From positions 20,894,001 through 20,958,000 of the forward strand of contig OZ004611.1 in NCBI GenBank assembly GCA_963924565.1: a stretch of 64,000 nucleotides of DNA. The letters run 5' to 3'. The translations under genes were made by a program, and so were the position numbers. Every line of letters starts with the position of its first letter. Positions within the stretch are counted from its first letter, which is position 1. Below the pieces are notes generated by a model, which was not told the DNA's origin, ran no database searches, and saw only the letters and a program-made list of their open reading frames with translations. The DNA is from Ascidiella aspersa. Lineage: Eukaryota. Positions 63,662 through 64,000 of this stretch are shown piece after piece.

Positions 63662-63710
63662 ATAACCCTGATGAGATCAGCTGGTATCTGCTGATGAAAC
63701 GTCGGATTAT
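63662..63710 (+). ncRNA. Isolated minimal hammerhead ribozyme motif
   Basis: AUAACC-CUGAUGA-G-AUCAGC(UGGUAUCU)GCUGAU-GAAAC-GUC-GGAUUAU; canonical core, 6-bp stem II, bulged stem I. Confidence 0.6.
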
Positions 63711-64000
63711 ATTTCGTTTACACCAGAAGAGCGATTTCTATTTATTAGAGGTCGTTTCGTTTTTTGTAAATACAGCGTAAACTGGCCTTCGACTATGCTC
63801 GGCTCGCACATTTCCCTTCGGTTTTCCTCTGGCTTATCTCCGTCCCCGGGCGACCGCCTGGAATCTCCTTTCCCCCCTTTCGTTCACCCATCAACGGCCT
63901 GGCTTGTTTGCTTCGTGAGCCGTCGCAGGCTGGGCAGATGCGGCTGACCCCGCTGACCAATTGGCCATTTGGTGGTCAGCGCCCTTTCGTCACGTCACAT

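Larger units (their letters stand above)
39780..64000. promoter_or_regulatory. Gene-poor, transposon-poor array of CpG/GC-rich islands (putative enhancer landscape)
   Basis: About 25 islands of 0.2-0.7 kb separated by AT-rich spacers; no spliceable recognisable ORFs; frequent TAAT(T/C) and other TF-like motifs. Confidence 0.5.

Noticed and set aside
1-64000. CRISPR arrays, rRNA, prokaryotic operons
   Set aside because: No repeat-spacer arrays or rRNA signatures; the sequence is intron-containing eukaryotic DNA.

Overview
AT-rich, intron-containing invertebrate animal DNA, not prokaryotic. Gene style suggests an ascidian/tunicate, but that is inference. Most ORFs in the supplied track are spurious; I rebuilt genes by hand from splice signals and exon phase. 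The left part (1-39.4 kb) is dense in transposons. It holds two paralogous minus-strand genes for a Cys-rich secreted/GPI-type family I do not recognise, a broken UNC-93-like gene, and a complete 9-exon ZP-domain membrane protein gene (minus, 39372-28591, 402 aa). Intron 2 of the ZP gene contains an antisense 6-exon orphan membrane-protein gene, an arrangement recalling the ascidian s-/v-Themis loci. Repeats include many Buster-type hAT MITEs, a pogo remnant, a tRNA-derived SINE, and two Penelope-like families carrying minimal hammerhead ribozyme motifs, one with a U3-A8 core. The right part (39.7-64 kb) has almost no genes or transposons. It is a chain of about 25 CpG/GC-rich islands, many switching from C-rich to G-rich at the centre, and looks like a cis-regulatory landscape. 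All calls were made by eye; no searches or folding programs were run.
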